Below, one piece after another: positions 12,708-26,000 of a DNA stretch of 64,000 nt. Source of the DNA: Zancudomyces culisetae HAW-14-8. Its lineage: Eukaryota; Fungi; Kickxellomycota. Every line of letters begins with the position of its first letter. The stretch's first letter is position 1. Where the stretch lies: positions 1,240,001 through 1,304,000 of the forward strand of contig JBNJNM010000006.1 in the NCBI GenBank assembly GCA_052426225.1. Direction: 5' to 3'. Below the pieces are notes generated by a model. That model was not told where the DNA came from. It made no database searches and was given only the letters and a program-made list of their open reading frames with translations. Both the position numbers and the translations under genes were made by a program.

Positions 12708-15700
12708 ATGGACTCTAACAACAGACTAAAGGGAGTAGCAGAGGCTAATATACTCCAGTATCTGACGTTTGGGTATAATACGGAGCTAGTATGGAATTAC
12801 GGAAAAAATCCACTAGGGATTACACCCGATATACTGCCTGAACTCTATGTTGACGACAAACCCGACGTAGTTGCCAGGAAACTGAAAGCCGAATGGGAAA
12901 AAGAGGTAAAGAGCGGGAGAAAATCGCTGTATCGAATTATCTTTAAAATAGCAAAGAAATACTTGCTCATTAGTCTAGTGGCAGGGTTTGCTACATCGAT
13001 AACCAATATTTTGAGGGCGTACTTGGTAGGATGTCTTATTGCATATTTTAGTGATCCTAGCCAGCCTACATATAAGGGGTATGTGTATGGGCTATTGTTG
13101 ATTATAACTATTATAATCTCAGTGAATGGATTTCAACACTTCCTGTTCCCACAGTTTAGAGCAGGATTTCAGATAAAAACTGGGTTAATATCACTCTTAT
13201 TTGAAAAGTCGTTGACAATATCGGCATCATCGTCAAAATCAGTAGGTGAAGCCGTGAATATTATATCAAACGATGTTCAACCAATAGAGTTTCTTCTTCA
13301 GGCTATCAACTATGTGTTGATTGCACCATTTGAATTGGTAGCATCGTTGGGATTTATATACATGTATTTGGGAATATCGGGATTGGTTTCAGTGGGAGTA
13401 TTTATGGTTATTCTTCAGATAGTAAGTTTGCTCTCGCGATTATTTGGTGGAATCAGAAAGAATACCGTTAGGTTCAGAGATGACAGAATCAAATTACTAA
13501 CGGACATGTTGGGTGGGATCGAAATAGTAAAGATAAATACATGGGAGAAACCTATCACCGAGAGAATATATACATTGAGAGAACAAGAATATAAAAACTT
13601 AAGAAAAGCCAGTACACTCAAGGGACTTACTTTAGGAATAGGAATGGTTTCATCACAGATTGTACAGGCAGCGACATTTATAGTACTGTGGCTCTTGGTA
13701 GTGAAGGGGATTGGAACTAATGTGGGTAATTCTGGAGCATTTTTGCCACAAAACATATTCCCGAGTATTTCATTGCTATCGATAGTGAAAAGTTCATTGT
13801 TTACGTATATACCGATTGTACTAGAAAAGTACTATGAGTCAAAGGTAAGCATAAAAAGAATAGTGGAATTCTTGATGCTTCCTAGTACATCGTTGATAGA
13901 CGGGACAGCGACTGAAAGCAAGGAATCTGATGGAGAGGAAAGATGTGAGCTTGATAGAAAATACGATGTGGGAGGTAACAGTAATAGCAAGCCTGAGGAA
14001 AATAGTAATGCGGTGATTGTAGATTCAGGATATTTTAGTTGGAAATATGAAGGTAATACAGTCGTAAGTGATGAGCCAAATAAAACTGGAGGAAAAAAGG
14101 CCAACGAGTTGGAGCGTTCCAAAGGAGAAATGAGCAACTTGAGTGGGAGTAGCGATGCTGTAATTACACTTCGTGATATCAACTTGACAATCAAGAGAGG
14201 AGAACTGTGTGGGTTAGTGGGTACAGTTGGGAGTGGAAAATCATCACTGTGTCAAGCAATCTTAGGGGAAATGAAGTTACTTTCGGGGACCATATCAGTA
14301 AATATCAACAGAGACAAACCGACATCCTCGATTGCATACGCTGCACAATCAGCATTTATATTTGGCGGGACTATACTAGAAAACATATTGTTTGGAGCTG
14401 AATACGACAAGGAGTGGTTTGAGCAAGTGGTGAAAGCGTGTTCATTGGAAAGGGATTTTGAGCAATTTGAAAATAGAGAATACACAATAATTGGCGAGCG
14501 AGGTACAACGCTGAGTGGAGGACAAAAGGCACGAGTGGCACTGGCAAGAGCTGTTTATCAAGATGCTGAGTTGTATTTACTTGATGATCCATTGTCAGCA
14601 GTTGACCCCAAGGTTGCGCGACAGTTGTTTAGCGATGTGATTTGTGGCTTGCTGAAGGACAAGACTCGAATTCTTGTAACTCATCAGTTGCAGTTTATTC
14701 ATTTGTGTGATAATGTAGCAATGATGCAGAATGGAGAAATAATCAATTATGGACATCCTGAAACCATTCCGGAATTGGACAAGTATCAAAACGAAGAAGA
14801 GGATGATGAAGGGGATGATGATGTAACTGATGGCCCTGGAACTGATATTGAGGATGACCATAAACAGAATGCTCAACCCAGCGAATCTGCTACAGGAACA
14901 TTGGCAGTAACCAATAAACAACTTGGAATAACTACTGTAGATACTGTGGACTCAAACAGTTCAAAGCCATTGGTAGAGTTTTATTTTGACGAAAAGGAGA
15001 AAAAAGAAACTTCGATGATTTTAGAATTAGAGAATAGCACAAAACCCACAAAAGAAAATGAAGGGAAAGAGAAAGAGAAAGAGAAAGAGAGTGGCGAATT
15101 AAACAAACTCGGAGCCCAAGAAGGAATTATGGAAGGTTCTACTAGCTTTTCAACATATTTGAACTACTTTAAACTGGGGGGAGGCTATTTATACTCTGGC
15201 ATGTGTGTGGTGATTTCTGTTGGAGCACACGCACTGTATATGGCATGTGATCTTTATTTGGTGCGCTGGGCTGCGGCTGATCCCACTACCAAAGCCGATC
15301 CTTCCAAAGTATATGAGTATTTGGGATTGGTTGCCGCCACTTGTGTCACATACATTATTGCGTGTATCTTTTTGATGAATCTTTTGTTGGCGTCATCGCA
15401 CGGATTGTTTGGAAAAATGCTTAAGGCTGTTGTTGACTCACCACTGAGCTTCTTTCAGGCTCAGCCTCAGGGAAGAGTGTTGAATAGGTTTAGTAAGGAT
15501 CAGAGCAGCACTGACGAAACTCTTCCCAAAGACTTTATCAGTACATATATAACTGGTGTTGTAGTTCTTGGTTCGTTTGTGTTTATTGGAATTGCCAGTC
15601 CTTGGCTGTTAATCACATTTCCACCCGTCTTTTATGCTTTTTACTGGTTACGACAGGTATATATAAGGGCAAGCAGACAGCTGAAAAGGCTGGAATCGAT

Positions 15701-16934
15701 ATCTCGAAGCCCCGTCTATTCTCTCTTATCAGAAGCACTGGATGGGATAATTACCATTCGTGCCTTTGCTGCTCAGCCTAGGATTAACCAGCTGTTTAAC
15801 GAGCTACAGAGTGAAAACTCCCGTGCGTATTTCTCATTTATCGGTGCTGCAAGATGGGTCAGTGTGCGTTTTGAGCTTATTAATATCATATTTTCTCTTA
15901 TCACTTTGGCTGTGATGATTGCAACCAGAAACAGTTTATCACCATCTCTTGCTTCCATTTCTTTAAGCTACATGTTGCTGCTTCTTGGAAATATCCAGTG
16001 GGTTATACGGCAAAGCATCGAGGTTGAGATTGGATTTGTTTCTGTTGATAGAAACATTGAGTATACAAAACTTCCCCCAGAAGATCCACTGCAAGACTCT
16101 GCTGAAGCTGCTGCGCTAGTTCCTGCCAACTGGCCTCAAACTGCTGCTATTTCACTCAACAACTTGAACTTGATATATCCTAATTCTGAGAAGGCTGTAC
16201 TGAAAAATGTTACTCTAGATATCAAGTCTTGCGAAAAAATCGGTGTGGTTGGGCGAACCGGTGCTGGAAAATCATCCCTCGTTTCGTGTTTCTTCAGACT
16301 TGTCCAGCCTTATCCGGATGGCTGTATAACAATTGATGGAGTTGATACTTCAAAGCTGCGTCTACATGATCTCAGAAAGCATTTGTGTATGATCCCTCAA
16401 CAACCATTTATGTTTGAAGGTTCGTTGCGGTTTAACTTGGACCCCTGGAATGAATATTCTGATACGCAGATATGGAAGGCTCTTGAAGCCTCTGAATTAA
16501 AACAGACTGTGGAGAGACTGCCCAACAAGCTTGAGACTCAGGTTGTTGAAAATGGCAAGAATTTCAGTGCTGGTGAGCGGCAACTTATTTCTTTATGCCG
16601 GGCAATTCTTGGAAATTCCAGACTAATTGTGATGGATGAAGCCACTGCAAACATCGATTTGGAAACCGACAAGTTAATCCAAAAGGCCATACATTCCTAC
16701 TTTAAAAACTCTACCGTTATCACTATTGCTCATCGTTTACATACTGTTATTGGCGGCGGTTATGATAAAGTTTTGGTTTTGGATAAAGGTGCTGTGGTGG
16801 AGTTTGGCGAGCCGTGGGATTTGATTCAGAATCCCGACTCATTGTTGGGCAAGATGATTGCTGATACTGGTGATGCCATGCAGAAAAACCTAAAGAATCT
16901 TGCTTTTGAACAATGGAAGAGTAAGCGTATGTGA
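12708..16934 (+). CDS. ABCC/MRP-family ABC transporter (short MRP4-like, TMD-NBD-TMD-NBD)
   Basis: 1408-aa intronless ORF; Walker A GTVGSGKS and GRTGAGKS, signatures LSGGQ and FSAGE, Walker B YLLDDPLSAVD and IVMDEATA, H-loops VTHQ and IAHRL. Confidence 0.97.
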   Translation: MDSNNRLKGVAEANILQYLTFGYNTELVWNYGKNPLGITPDILPELYVDDKPDVVARKLKAEWEKEVKSGRKSLYRIIFKIAKKYLLISLVAGFATSITNILRAYLVGCLIAYFSDPSQPTYKGYVYGLLLIITIIISVNGFQHFLFPQFRAGFQIKTGLISLLFEKSLTISASSSKSVGEAVNIISNDVQPIEFLLQAINYVLIAPFELVASLGFIYMYLGISGLVSVGVFMVILQIVSLLSRLFGGIRKNTVRFRDDRIKLLTDMLGGIEIVKINTWEKPITERIYTLREQEYKNLRKASTLKGLTLGIGMVSSQIVQAATFIVLWLLVVKGIGTNVGNSGAFLPQNIFPSISLLSIVKSSLFTYIPIVLEKYYESKVSIKRIVEFLMLPSTSLIDGTATESKESDGEERCELDRKYDVGGNSNSKPEENSNAVIVDSGYFSWKYEGNTVVSDEPNKTGGKKANELERSKGEMSNLSGSSDAVITLRDINLTIKRGELCGLVGTVGSGKSSLCQAILGEMKLLSGTISVNINRDKPTSSIAYAAQSAFIFGGTILENILFGAEYDKEWFEQVVKACSLERDFEQFENREYTIIGERGTTLSGGQKARVALARAVYQDAELYLLDDPLSAVDPKVARQLFSDVICGLLKDKTRILVTHQLQFIHLCDNVAMMQNGEIINYGHPETIPELDKYQNEEEDDEGDDDVTDGPGTDIEDDHKQNAQPSESATGTLAVTNKQLGITTVDTVDSNSSKPLVEFYFDEKEKKETSMILELENSTKPTKENEGKEKEKEKESGELNKLGAQEGIMEGSTSFSTYLNYFKLGGGYLYSGMCVVISVGAHALYMACDLYLVRWAAADPTTKADPSKVYEYLGLVAATCVTYIIACIFLMNLLLASSHGLFGKMLKAVVDSPLSFFQAQPQGRVLNRFSKDQSSTDETLPKDFISTYITGVVVLGSFVFIGIASPWLLITFPPVFYAFYWLRQVYIRASRQLKRLESISRSPVYSLLSEALDGIITIRAFAAQPRINQLFNELQSENSRAYFSFIGAARWVSVRFELINIIFSLITLAVMIATRNSLSPSLASISLSYMLLLLGNIQWVIRQSIEVEIGFVSVDRNIEYTKLPPEDPLQDSAEAAALVPANWPQTAAISLNNLNLIYPNSEKAVLKNVTLDIKSCEKIGVVGRTGAGKSSLVSCFFRLVQPYPDGCITIDGVDTSKLRLHDLRKHLCMIPQQPFMFEGSLRFNLDPWNEYSDTQIWKALEASELKQTVERLPNKLETQVVENGKNFSAGERQLISLCRAILGNSRLIVMDEATANIDLETDKLIQKAIHSYFKNSTVITIAHRLHTVIGGGYDKVLVLDKGAVVEFGEPWDLIQNPDSLLGKMIADTGDAMQKNLKNLAFEQWKSKRM

Positions 16935-17019
16935 ATATAAATAGTCTAGCTATTATTTGGGTTTTATATTTATTTTGTTTAGATTGAGTTTATTAGAGTC
17001 CTGAACAAAATAAACCAAA

Positions 17020-20000
17020 TTATAAGAAATAGAGGTTAAGTTGTGTAACTAAATGAAAAATCTGTTCATAGGGAATGTATCCTGGAAATAGTTGAGTTAT
17101 TCTGGGTAGATAGAGAATCCGCTTATTGAATTTGTGGTTATTAACTTTTGTATTTGGGGAGGTTGTTATTGGAAAACTGTTGTGAAAATTAAAGATAGTT
17201 AGGAGATTTATAAAATGTTGGAGTGTCATTTTTTTTTGGTCAATCAGGTTCAAATTCAAACAGGTTTTTCTCCTCATCATTGTTTTTGTTGTATACTTTG
17301 TAGTACATCCGCATGTATTCTTTCCATCTCAAGAATAGTTGAAATGCGTTGTAGTTTTTTTCTGATAGTGCAGCCTCAGTTCTCGCTCTGAAAATATTCC
17401 AGATGGCTGATGCTAAATAATTTTATGTCTTTAATACGGTGCCTAATTTTGTTGCATCCAGACATAATTTCTTCCCAATTGAAGTCGATTTTTTCAATTA
17501 TCCTAATTTTTTTCAAGGTGTGATTGAACAATGAATGTTTATTTTTCAGATTGGAAATTAAAAAGGAAAAAACATTATTCCAAAAACACTTGATTCTACT
17601 ACAGTCAAAGTAGGCGTGTTTGATAGTTTCGGTTTCGTTTCTTTTACAGATTTTACAAAGCGAATTTTCTATCGATCCAGTCCAACTCGATACTGTTTTT
17701 CCAGTTACAATTGCCCATGTAAGATAAATAAAGGTGAGATTAAATTTTTTCTTCAATCTTTAACCTATTAATACTATTCCAACTATATATTTTACTGTTC
17801 AATGATACTATATCTAGTTTGTAATAGTTTGGGGGATTTTCCCAGTGTTGTTATAATTAAAATAAATAAACCTTTTTAATTCTCTGTTCATTGCATACTC
17901 TTCTGCATATCCATTTCCAAGATTTATTAGCGATGCCGGCAGAAAGTAATTCGGGTTCGGCTGAGGTAACTGTTGGAAATTTTTTTCAAGACAGTATAAA
18001 CTAATGCTGAATTGAGTCTCTTTTCCAAAGGCAGTACTAGAGTATAATGGTTTATCAGATGTATTTGCCTCGTTGTTTACTTGTGATAATGACATTAAAA
18101 AATCATACACAGTTTATACCCTTTCTTTTTTAGGTCTCTTATTTCTTTGTTAGTTAATTCTTTTCCAATAATCAATGGTTGAATAAAGAATATACTCCAA
18201 TTAATAATTTCACTAAGAGGTAATGTATAATATCCCTATCATCCACATTAAATAGAATATTCAATACTTCAATAAACTTTTTTACTGAAGGGTGAAGATC
18301 TATTATATTTTTAATGCTATTATGGAGTTCCATCAGTTCAGTAGCTAAAAGTGGACCATAATTTGTTGTATTATTTTTAAATTGGTGGTATCAGTAGCTT
18401 CTAGATAGTGAAATCCAGTCGCTATTGGGATCATGGCATATAATTGATGCTATCCCTTTTCCATAAATTAAATCTACTTGAGTTTTAACATCAATTAGTC
18501 CAAGACCACAGAGTTTTTTTGGTAGTTCAAGGGTGGTAAGTTTAATCTTGGCCTTTTTGTTTGCCCAGATAAACTTTGAGGCAAGTTTCTTCACCTTTGA
18601 CAATAAAATTTTGTCGAAAGGGACAATATGTGCTGCAAAATATATTTTTGAGTATAAAAATACTTTTGTCAGCAATACTCTTCCTCTCAGTGCGATAGAT
18701 CTAAGCCTCATGGATTTAATTTTATTTTCCAATTTAGCTAGTAAGAGTTCTTGGGTATAGTTGGTGTTAACATCTTTGTTATTAAACCATATTCCCAAGT
18801 ATTTAAAGTTGTCATTATCGGTGACTAATGGAAACTTAGTGGAAATCTCTTGAGGATTCCCTACCTTTATAGCAATTGATTTTTCGATATTCACTCGAGC
18901 ATTAGATGCTTTGGAGTGTATATCAAGCCATTTCATTACTATGTTAATGTCATCACTATCTTTAATACCTATCGCAATGTCATCCGCATATGCTATTGTG
19001 TTAGAGTTAGCTCAAGGTAGTTGAATACCTGTTAGGTCTTTTTTCAAACCTAGTAATAAAGGCTCAATTACTAGGTTATACAACAGGGGTGATAGTGGAT
19101 CACCCTGTCTAAGACCATTGTTGATTAGGATTTTATCCGTTAATACGGTGTTGACATTTACTCAAGTCGTAGCACCAGTGTAAATTGATTTAAGATATTG
19201 AATAAACTTGGGGCTAAGGCCAAAAGATTCAAGCACATAAACATTTGATGACAGGTTACTCTATCATAGGCTTTTTCTTGATCCAAAAGTATCAAGTGCC
19301 CATTATAAATGTCTGGGTCCAGTTGACCAAAACCCAACTGGTTATTAGTCATATGGATATTATCAAAGATGCTATGACCTTTGATAAACCCAGTTTGAGA
19401 CTGGTTAATTAACTTACCTAATATATTCTGCAACCTAGAGGCTAGAATTCTAGTTGAGATTTTCTCGTCACAATTAGATAAACTAATTGAACGATAGTTC
19501 TTAATCAGCCTCAGATCGCCGGTTTTGGGAATCAAAGAGATTATTGAACCTCCCAGCTGCTCTTTATAGTTCTGGAGGGGAGAATTGAATAATTCATAAA
19601 GAATTATTGTAGTCTCTTTTTCAAAGTGCTTATAAAATTCAAAAGTCAATCCATCAGGATCAGGTGCTTTATTCCGATGACATTGCTTGATTGTCTTTTG
19701 AATTTCCTCAATAGTTATTGAGCTATCTAGCACTTCTGCCTCCAGACTAATTAGCCTATTGTTATGTTATTTAGTAATATATCTTGACAACCCACCACTG
19801 TTGTTCCTTTATTAAATAGTTTACTATAAAATTTATAAATATGATTAGAAATTTCATTATGATTATTAGAAGTAGAGTTATCCTCAGTAACCATTTCTTC
19901 AATTTTTTTTCTTTTTCACGATACTTAACTAATTGAAAAATTATTTGATGTTTTGCTCCCTCATTTCAAATTAATTGGCTCTACTTATAATAGCCATACC

Positions 20001-20450
20001 TCGACACTTATTTTTTAGTACTTTTTTTAGCTCATATTCCAGCGTCCGGATTTTATAAGCGCTATTAATATCGTTACTCTTTACACAATTATATTTGGAC
20101 TTAAGCAAATTTGCTTTGTTTTTATAAACTTTATTGCCAAAATCAATAAAATATTCTTTAATCATTGATTTCGCTATAGACCATTCAAGTAAAGATCTAA
20201 AGAATGATTAAAACGGTCCAAAATACCGTTATTAGATTCACAGGCGTTGTCATTTTTTAAGCGACTTGAATTAAGCTTCCAATTGTCGTGGTTCCTTTTA
20301 GGTTAACCACAACTTATTGGATCCTATCTGTAACAAACTTCAATATATCGGTGGTCCGAAATGGCCCTACATCAATCTTGAAGTTGTTTAGAATTGTAAT
20401 CTATAATTACCAACTAGGATGTGGTAAATTATTGATTAATTTTTCCATCA
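17020..20450 (-). mobile_element. Decayed non-LTR retrotransposon (L1/Tx1-like) ORF2, 5'-truncated
   Basis: Minus-strand pieces in the expected order: NWKLNSS, KAPDPDGLTFEFYK, LIPKTGD..YRSISL, LDQEKAYDRV, GLRQGDPLSPLLY, YADD, FKYLG, GLGL, C-terminal CKIC..ETIKHAYFDC; many stops and frameshifts; ends approximate. Confidence 0.9.
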
Positions 20451-20476
20451 TGCTTTCAAGTGAATACATTAAGTAT

Positions 20477-20840
20477 AAAAATGTCTCAAAATTTTGAAAT
20501 ATAATTTTAAAGTGTAAAATCTCGTTCAATAGTATCCAATCTAAATATTGGTAAATAATAAAATGTACAAATGATATACTATTTTTTGATACAAAATATT
20601 TTTTTATTGGTTAAAACTAATTAAGAAATTATTAGAGAAAATTTTTTAAAATGAGACAATATTGGGAATATTTCAAAAAAAACTATAAAATGATATCCAC
20701 ATGACTTTGACTTGATAATCGCTTCAATCATTAATGGATACTATCTATGAGTCCAACTATTGTTTTCACTGAAATTTGATTTCATTACGATTCAATTCGC
20801 TCCCATAATTCGAATATCCCGTAAATTGGTTTACTGTATA
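20477..20840 (-). mobile_element. 3' fragment of a Tc1-family element related to the copy at 29400-30600, opposite orientation
   Basis: Aligns by eye to the reverse complement of ~30222-30590 (aaaaatgtctcaaa..aagtgtaaaatctcg; aatgagacaat..gggaat; attcgctcccataattcga). Confidence 0.8.
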
Positions 20841-21298
20841 TTTCAGGACCTGACAACTAAATATATTTGATATCTATTAATAAGTCATTATAATTAGGTA
20901 TATATCTTGTGAAGATAATTTATTGCTCAATCTTCTCTTTCAATAAATCCTGTGGCTATATATACTTTTCCAAAACTAATAAAAAACATGCAAAACATTG
21001 ATAAAACTATATAGAATATTCTAGTATGTTAGAATTCAAGATTGAGTACTAATCAATTGATTAGTAATGTAAAACGTTAAAATTGCTCCGAATATGTCGT
21101 AATTTCAACACTTTACTAATACATAATCTACTGCGCAATCAACAAAATTTTATTTCCCAAAATAATTTTTGAGAAAATTGAGCAGCAATTTAGAAATTAA
21201 TTACAACACGATGTATGTAATTAAAATAGCATGATAAATCATGAAGTATTTATTAAGGCGTCTATTAATGATTGCCAATATAGTTTCAATTGTGTTTA

Positions 21299-21504
21299 CA
21301 GTGACTCAAAAAATTGTTCAAATGTTTTTGATGTTCATTAAAAAATTAGTATATCTCACGAATATTATATCGTATCACTATAAAAATAACAATTATATAC
21401 ATTAATATACCATGTATTAATTATCAAATTTTCAGAATACTTGAACCAGCCAATCAACTGTAGTTATACTTTTTGTAAAATTATTTTATTTGAACAATTT
21501 TTTT
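21299..21504. repeat. Tc1 terminal inverted repeat (partner ~22705..22908)
   Basis: Direct inverted match, e.g. gaatacttgaaccagccaatcaactgtagttatacttttt. Confidence 0.9.
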
Positions 21505-22908
21505 GCTAATAATAAAAAAATATATAAACTTAATTAAACTAGTATTTAGTATATCCACCCCTGGCTTTCAATACAGCATTAAATCTTATTGACATGCTAC
21601 TGATTAGCGACATACACTCGTCACGTGTTATCTTATTCCACTCGTCTTGTACGCGGTCCCAAAGTTCGTTTATTCATTTTGGTGCATTTTCGTGATTTGA
21701 TAGCCGTCTTTTCAAATTGACCCATAGATGTTCAATTGGATTTAGGTCAGGTGACTGTTCTGGCCAGTCAAGCACCTGAATTGAGTTAGTTTGCAACCAT
21801 TCTTTAGTAATTTTCGCGGTGTGTTTTGGATCGTTATCATGCTGAATAATTGATTTTCCCTGTATAAGTCGTACCATTTCATTGATTTTACCAGTTCGTC
21901 TTCATGAATATTACAGTACAATTCTGTATTATGTCTGCATTCAATTTTAGTAAGATAGCCTGGGCCTTCTGATGTCATGCATCCATATATCATGATTGAA
22001 CCTCCACCATGTTTTATAGTTTTTTTAACATGGTTCGGTTTTAACTGGCTCCCTTGTTTTTTCCAGCACCACAAGCGCCCATCTTACCCAAATCTGTTAA
22101 TTTTAGTCTCGTCAGACCATATCACACGTTTCCAGTCTTCTACAGTCCAATGCTGATATTTTTTAGCAAATGCAAGTCGTTGTTTAATATGGCCTAATTT
22201 TAGCTTAGGTTTTTTGACCTTAGGTTTTGCACTTAAACCAAATACTTTTCTAGCCATATCGCACTGTTTGAGGAACCACAGATACGAGGATATTATCCTT
22301 GAGAAATTTTGAAGCGTCTGTCGCTGTATCAAATTGTCCAGACGTAATTTTACGAATTATTAATCGCTCATTAGCTTTTGTCAATTTATTTGGGCTGCCA
22401 GGTGATAAATTTTTTATTGATGGACGATACTTTTTTTTTATGTTAGATATTGTCCCTTTACTAATAGATAGTTTAAATGCAATTGGGTTATATGAGTATC
22501 CAAAATCCAGCAGATTTATACACTCCAAACTTATTCATTATTGAGTTTTTTGTTCGTATTTAAATAGATCAAAAATTTGTATTTTAATAATATAATGTAT
22601 TGTGTAGATAATTGTTAGTTATATCTAGTAACATATAATTTTTTTAAATGATATCTAACATTATGAAAAATATATCATCAAAATTGATAAATTTAATATA
22701 CAACCAAATAATTGTTCAAATATAATATATTACAAAAAGTATAACTACAGTTGATTGGCTGGTTCAAGTATTCTAAATTTTGTTAGGTAATACATGGTAT
22801 ATTAATGTATAATAATTGTAATTTACATAGTGATACGATATAATATTCAATAGATAAAATATTTTTTTAATGAACATCAAAAACATTTGAACAATTTTTG
22901 AGTCACGG
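21299..22908 (-). mobile_element. Full-length Tc1/mariner element with frameshifted transposase
   Basis: TA duplications at 21297-98 and 22909-10; ~205-bp TIRs starting CAGTGACTC/CCGTGACTC; [48 protein letters not shown] spread over several frames (~22540..21545). Confidence 0.95.
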
Positions 22909-23049
22909 TAAGTCTGGAGATTGTGGCTGCCAGTACAATTTATTACTTTACTTGTTTTCAAGCTAGCTGGTAATCAACTATACTGTATGTTTAAGATCAT
23001 AATTATGCTGAAATATTATTGAATTGGGATCCAATTCGTAGTAATCATT

Positions 23050-26000
23050 TGTGTTGCTAAGCTCATCATTAAGAGATCCAAATAACATTATTTGTTTATA
23101 ATGCATTCTATACGCCACATGTAGCCATTCCAAATATATTATACATCCTTAAATTATTTAAGAATATAATTTAATTTGTTCGTATCCTCAATATATTTTA
23201 TGAATATTTATAATAAACTATAATATCGATTATTCATAAATATTATTCATGATAAAATTTTTTTAATATGATATATTCTAAAAATATATACAATTATAAA
23301 CACAAATATTTCTTAAATATATTACTAAGTCATGTATTTATGTTAAATGTTATATAATGATACTGTATATTATAATTAAATTATTACGTGTTTGCCAAAT
23401 ATAAAATTCATTATAAAAACTATAATTAGATAAAGTATTTAATATGTATATATATAGTTTTCTTATTATTGAATATTATAATATATTAACTATTATGTGT
23501 ATATCTATTGTATTTAGATTAATAATATATTATATATACTAATTTAGCAATATTATATATATATTTAATTATATTAAAAACAATTTTTTAATAATACATG
23601 TAATTATATTGTTGTTTAGATCGTATACATATATTATGTCATAATTTATATATATGATATCATAAATATGATCATAATCTAAAACATTACTAACATATAT
23701 ATCATCCATTGTATATTAATATTCAACATATTGTCATATATTCTTAATGATTAGTATTTAAAAAAAAATGGTGGACTATAATAATAATTTTAATTTTACT
23801 ACTGATAATGATTTAATATATTATCATACATAAAGATATAAATTTAAAAACTAAATCATATAAAAATTTTCATAATACATATATCCATTATTATGATTAA
23901 TATTATATATTATACATATCTAATTTATGATAATTATGTTGTTTATATATAATACGTAATATATACAATGAATATATAATTACATTATATTTTTTTTGTC
24001 CAATTTGGTTTAAATTAGTATGACCATTGTAGATAGATCAAATTTTGCATAAAATATTATGCTATATAAAACTAGATATTTATATTAATAAAGTATTATA
24101 TCAAAATTTACATTTTTATAAATCCAATTTTATTATTGTATTAACATTGGCATGCAACTAATTTAACTACATATTATAATATATATCATATATTACATTT
24201 TGAATATCATACTAACTGTGATATTAGTTCACAGAATTTGAAATAATATATAATCTATATCATAGATTCATATATATTATATGCAATAAATTTATAAATC
24301 GGATGGTTAGCTCATGTTTTTATATAAATATACTCGTACAAATATTTTAAATTCATGATATTGCAATACTAAATCTTACACAAACTATTATGTACAATTT
24401 TGATATATACTATAAATATATATGCTATTATACTTATATGTATGTTATACAGCAGAATATGTTGCTTGGTTTATAATTAAAACATAGAAATTTATTGATG
24501 ATTATATAATATAAATTAATATATTGAAATCATAAATCATCATTACATATATAAATGTATAAATATAATTTTCGTATTACTGAAAAATTATATATGATAT
24601 TATAAATAATCAAATATTTATACATATGGTTAACATATTTACTTATTAATATAATTATTGATTAACATTTTTTGTAGCATTATATAATTTTTCTGTCATT
24701 GATAAATTTTTTTACCCTTAACGATATTAATGAAAACAATATGTTCATATCAAATATTGTTGTTATTAATCATGACTATGTTAAATGAATCTTTAGCTAT
24801 ATTATAATTAGATATATTTTTGAATTTCGTAATAATCATATGTCTAGCGCTAATTTTAATAAAATTAGAATTGATTTCATAAATTTTCATAATTTAATTT
24901 AGTATTTTATTGATTGAAATATAAATTTATGTTAACTTTATTTTTGAATCTCTAATAATGTTGATTGGTCAATATTTATATATGGAAAATTTATATAGTG
25001 TATAATTATATATTTATTAAAATTTTAATATCAATTTACCTATTCATGTAATTTACATAATGTATACAATATATTGAAATGATATATATAACGATTCAAA
25101 TTGATGTATATAAATTTGTAGTATTATATATACATTCATTTAGTACAGATAATAAACAATATTTATATTTATTAATATTGTAATAATAATATAAATGTAT
25201 ATGTATTACTATTTTATCATGAATTTATTATTATGTAGACAATTATAACATAAATATATTTAGAATTTGTACTATATAATATATAGATAATTTGTATATC
25301 AAATAAATTAAAATCTATTTGTACATTAATACTATGGTATTATTTTATATATATTAATATTTGCTATACTCCAACTTATGACTAAATATATGATTAATAT
25401 ATATAATTAATGAGAATTACATGATAAATATTATATAATATAATATCGTATGATTTAGAAAAAATAACATAATATTATATCACTTAATATATGATATTAG
25501 TTTATTAAAATATATATTGTATATATTGATTAATTTAATTAAATACCAACATTAAGTATGTATTATAAATATTCAATATGATATTTTACTATTATGAAAG
25601 CTATTTTTAGTTAATAACCGTTAATATTGTAATATTATTCGACACGTTTTAACTATATATATATACTGGCAAATTTAAAATTTTAGAAATTTATATATAT
25701 ATATATTAGCCGTAAAGAAAATCATTTAATATTCTATTGGATGCACATTTGTCCATATGTATTATCTCACATATACATATAATATGATAATATCAGTGTA
25801 AAATACGATTATAAGATATGACATAATATCATCATACATTATATTTATTAGAATTGTTGCTAAATTTATATGATATATTATAGTTAAATACGAAATCACA
25901 ATAATGTAAATAATAGATTTTATATGATTTATAATTGTAAACGTAACTACGATAATGTAAATATATCGATGTATATACAAAATGTTTGCTTCAAATTATA

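Noticed and set aside
13415-15958. Antisense ORFs inside the ABC transporter, and similar ones inside pol genes
   Set aside because: Shadow frames of real coding sequence
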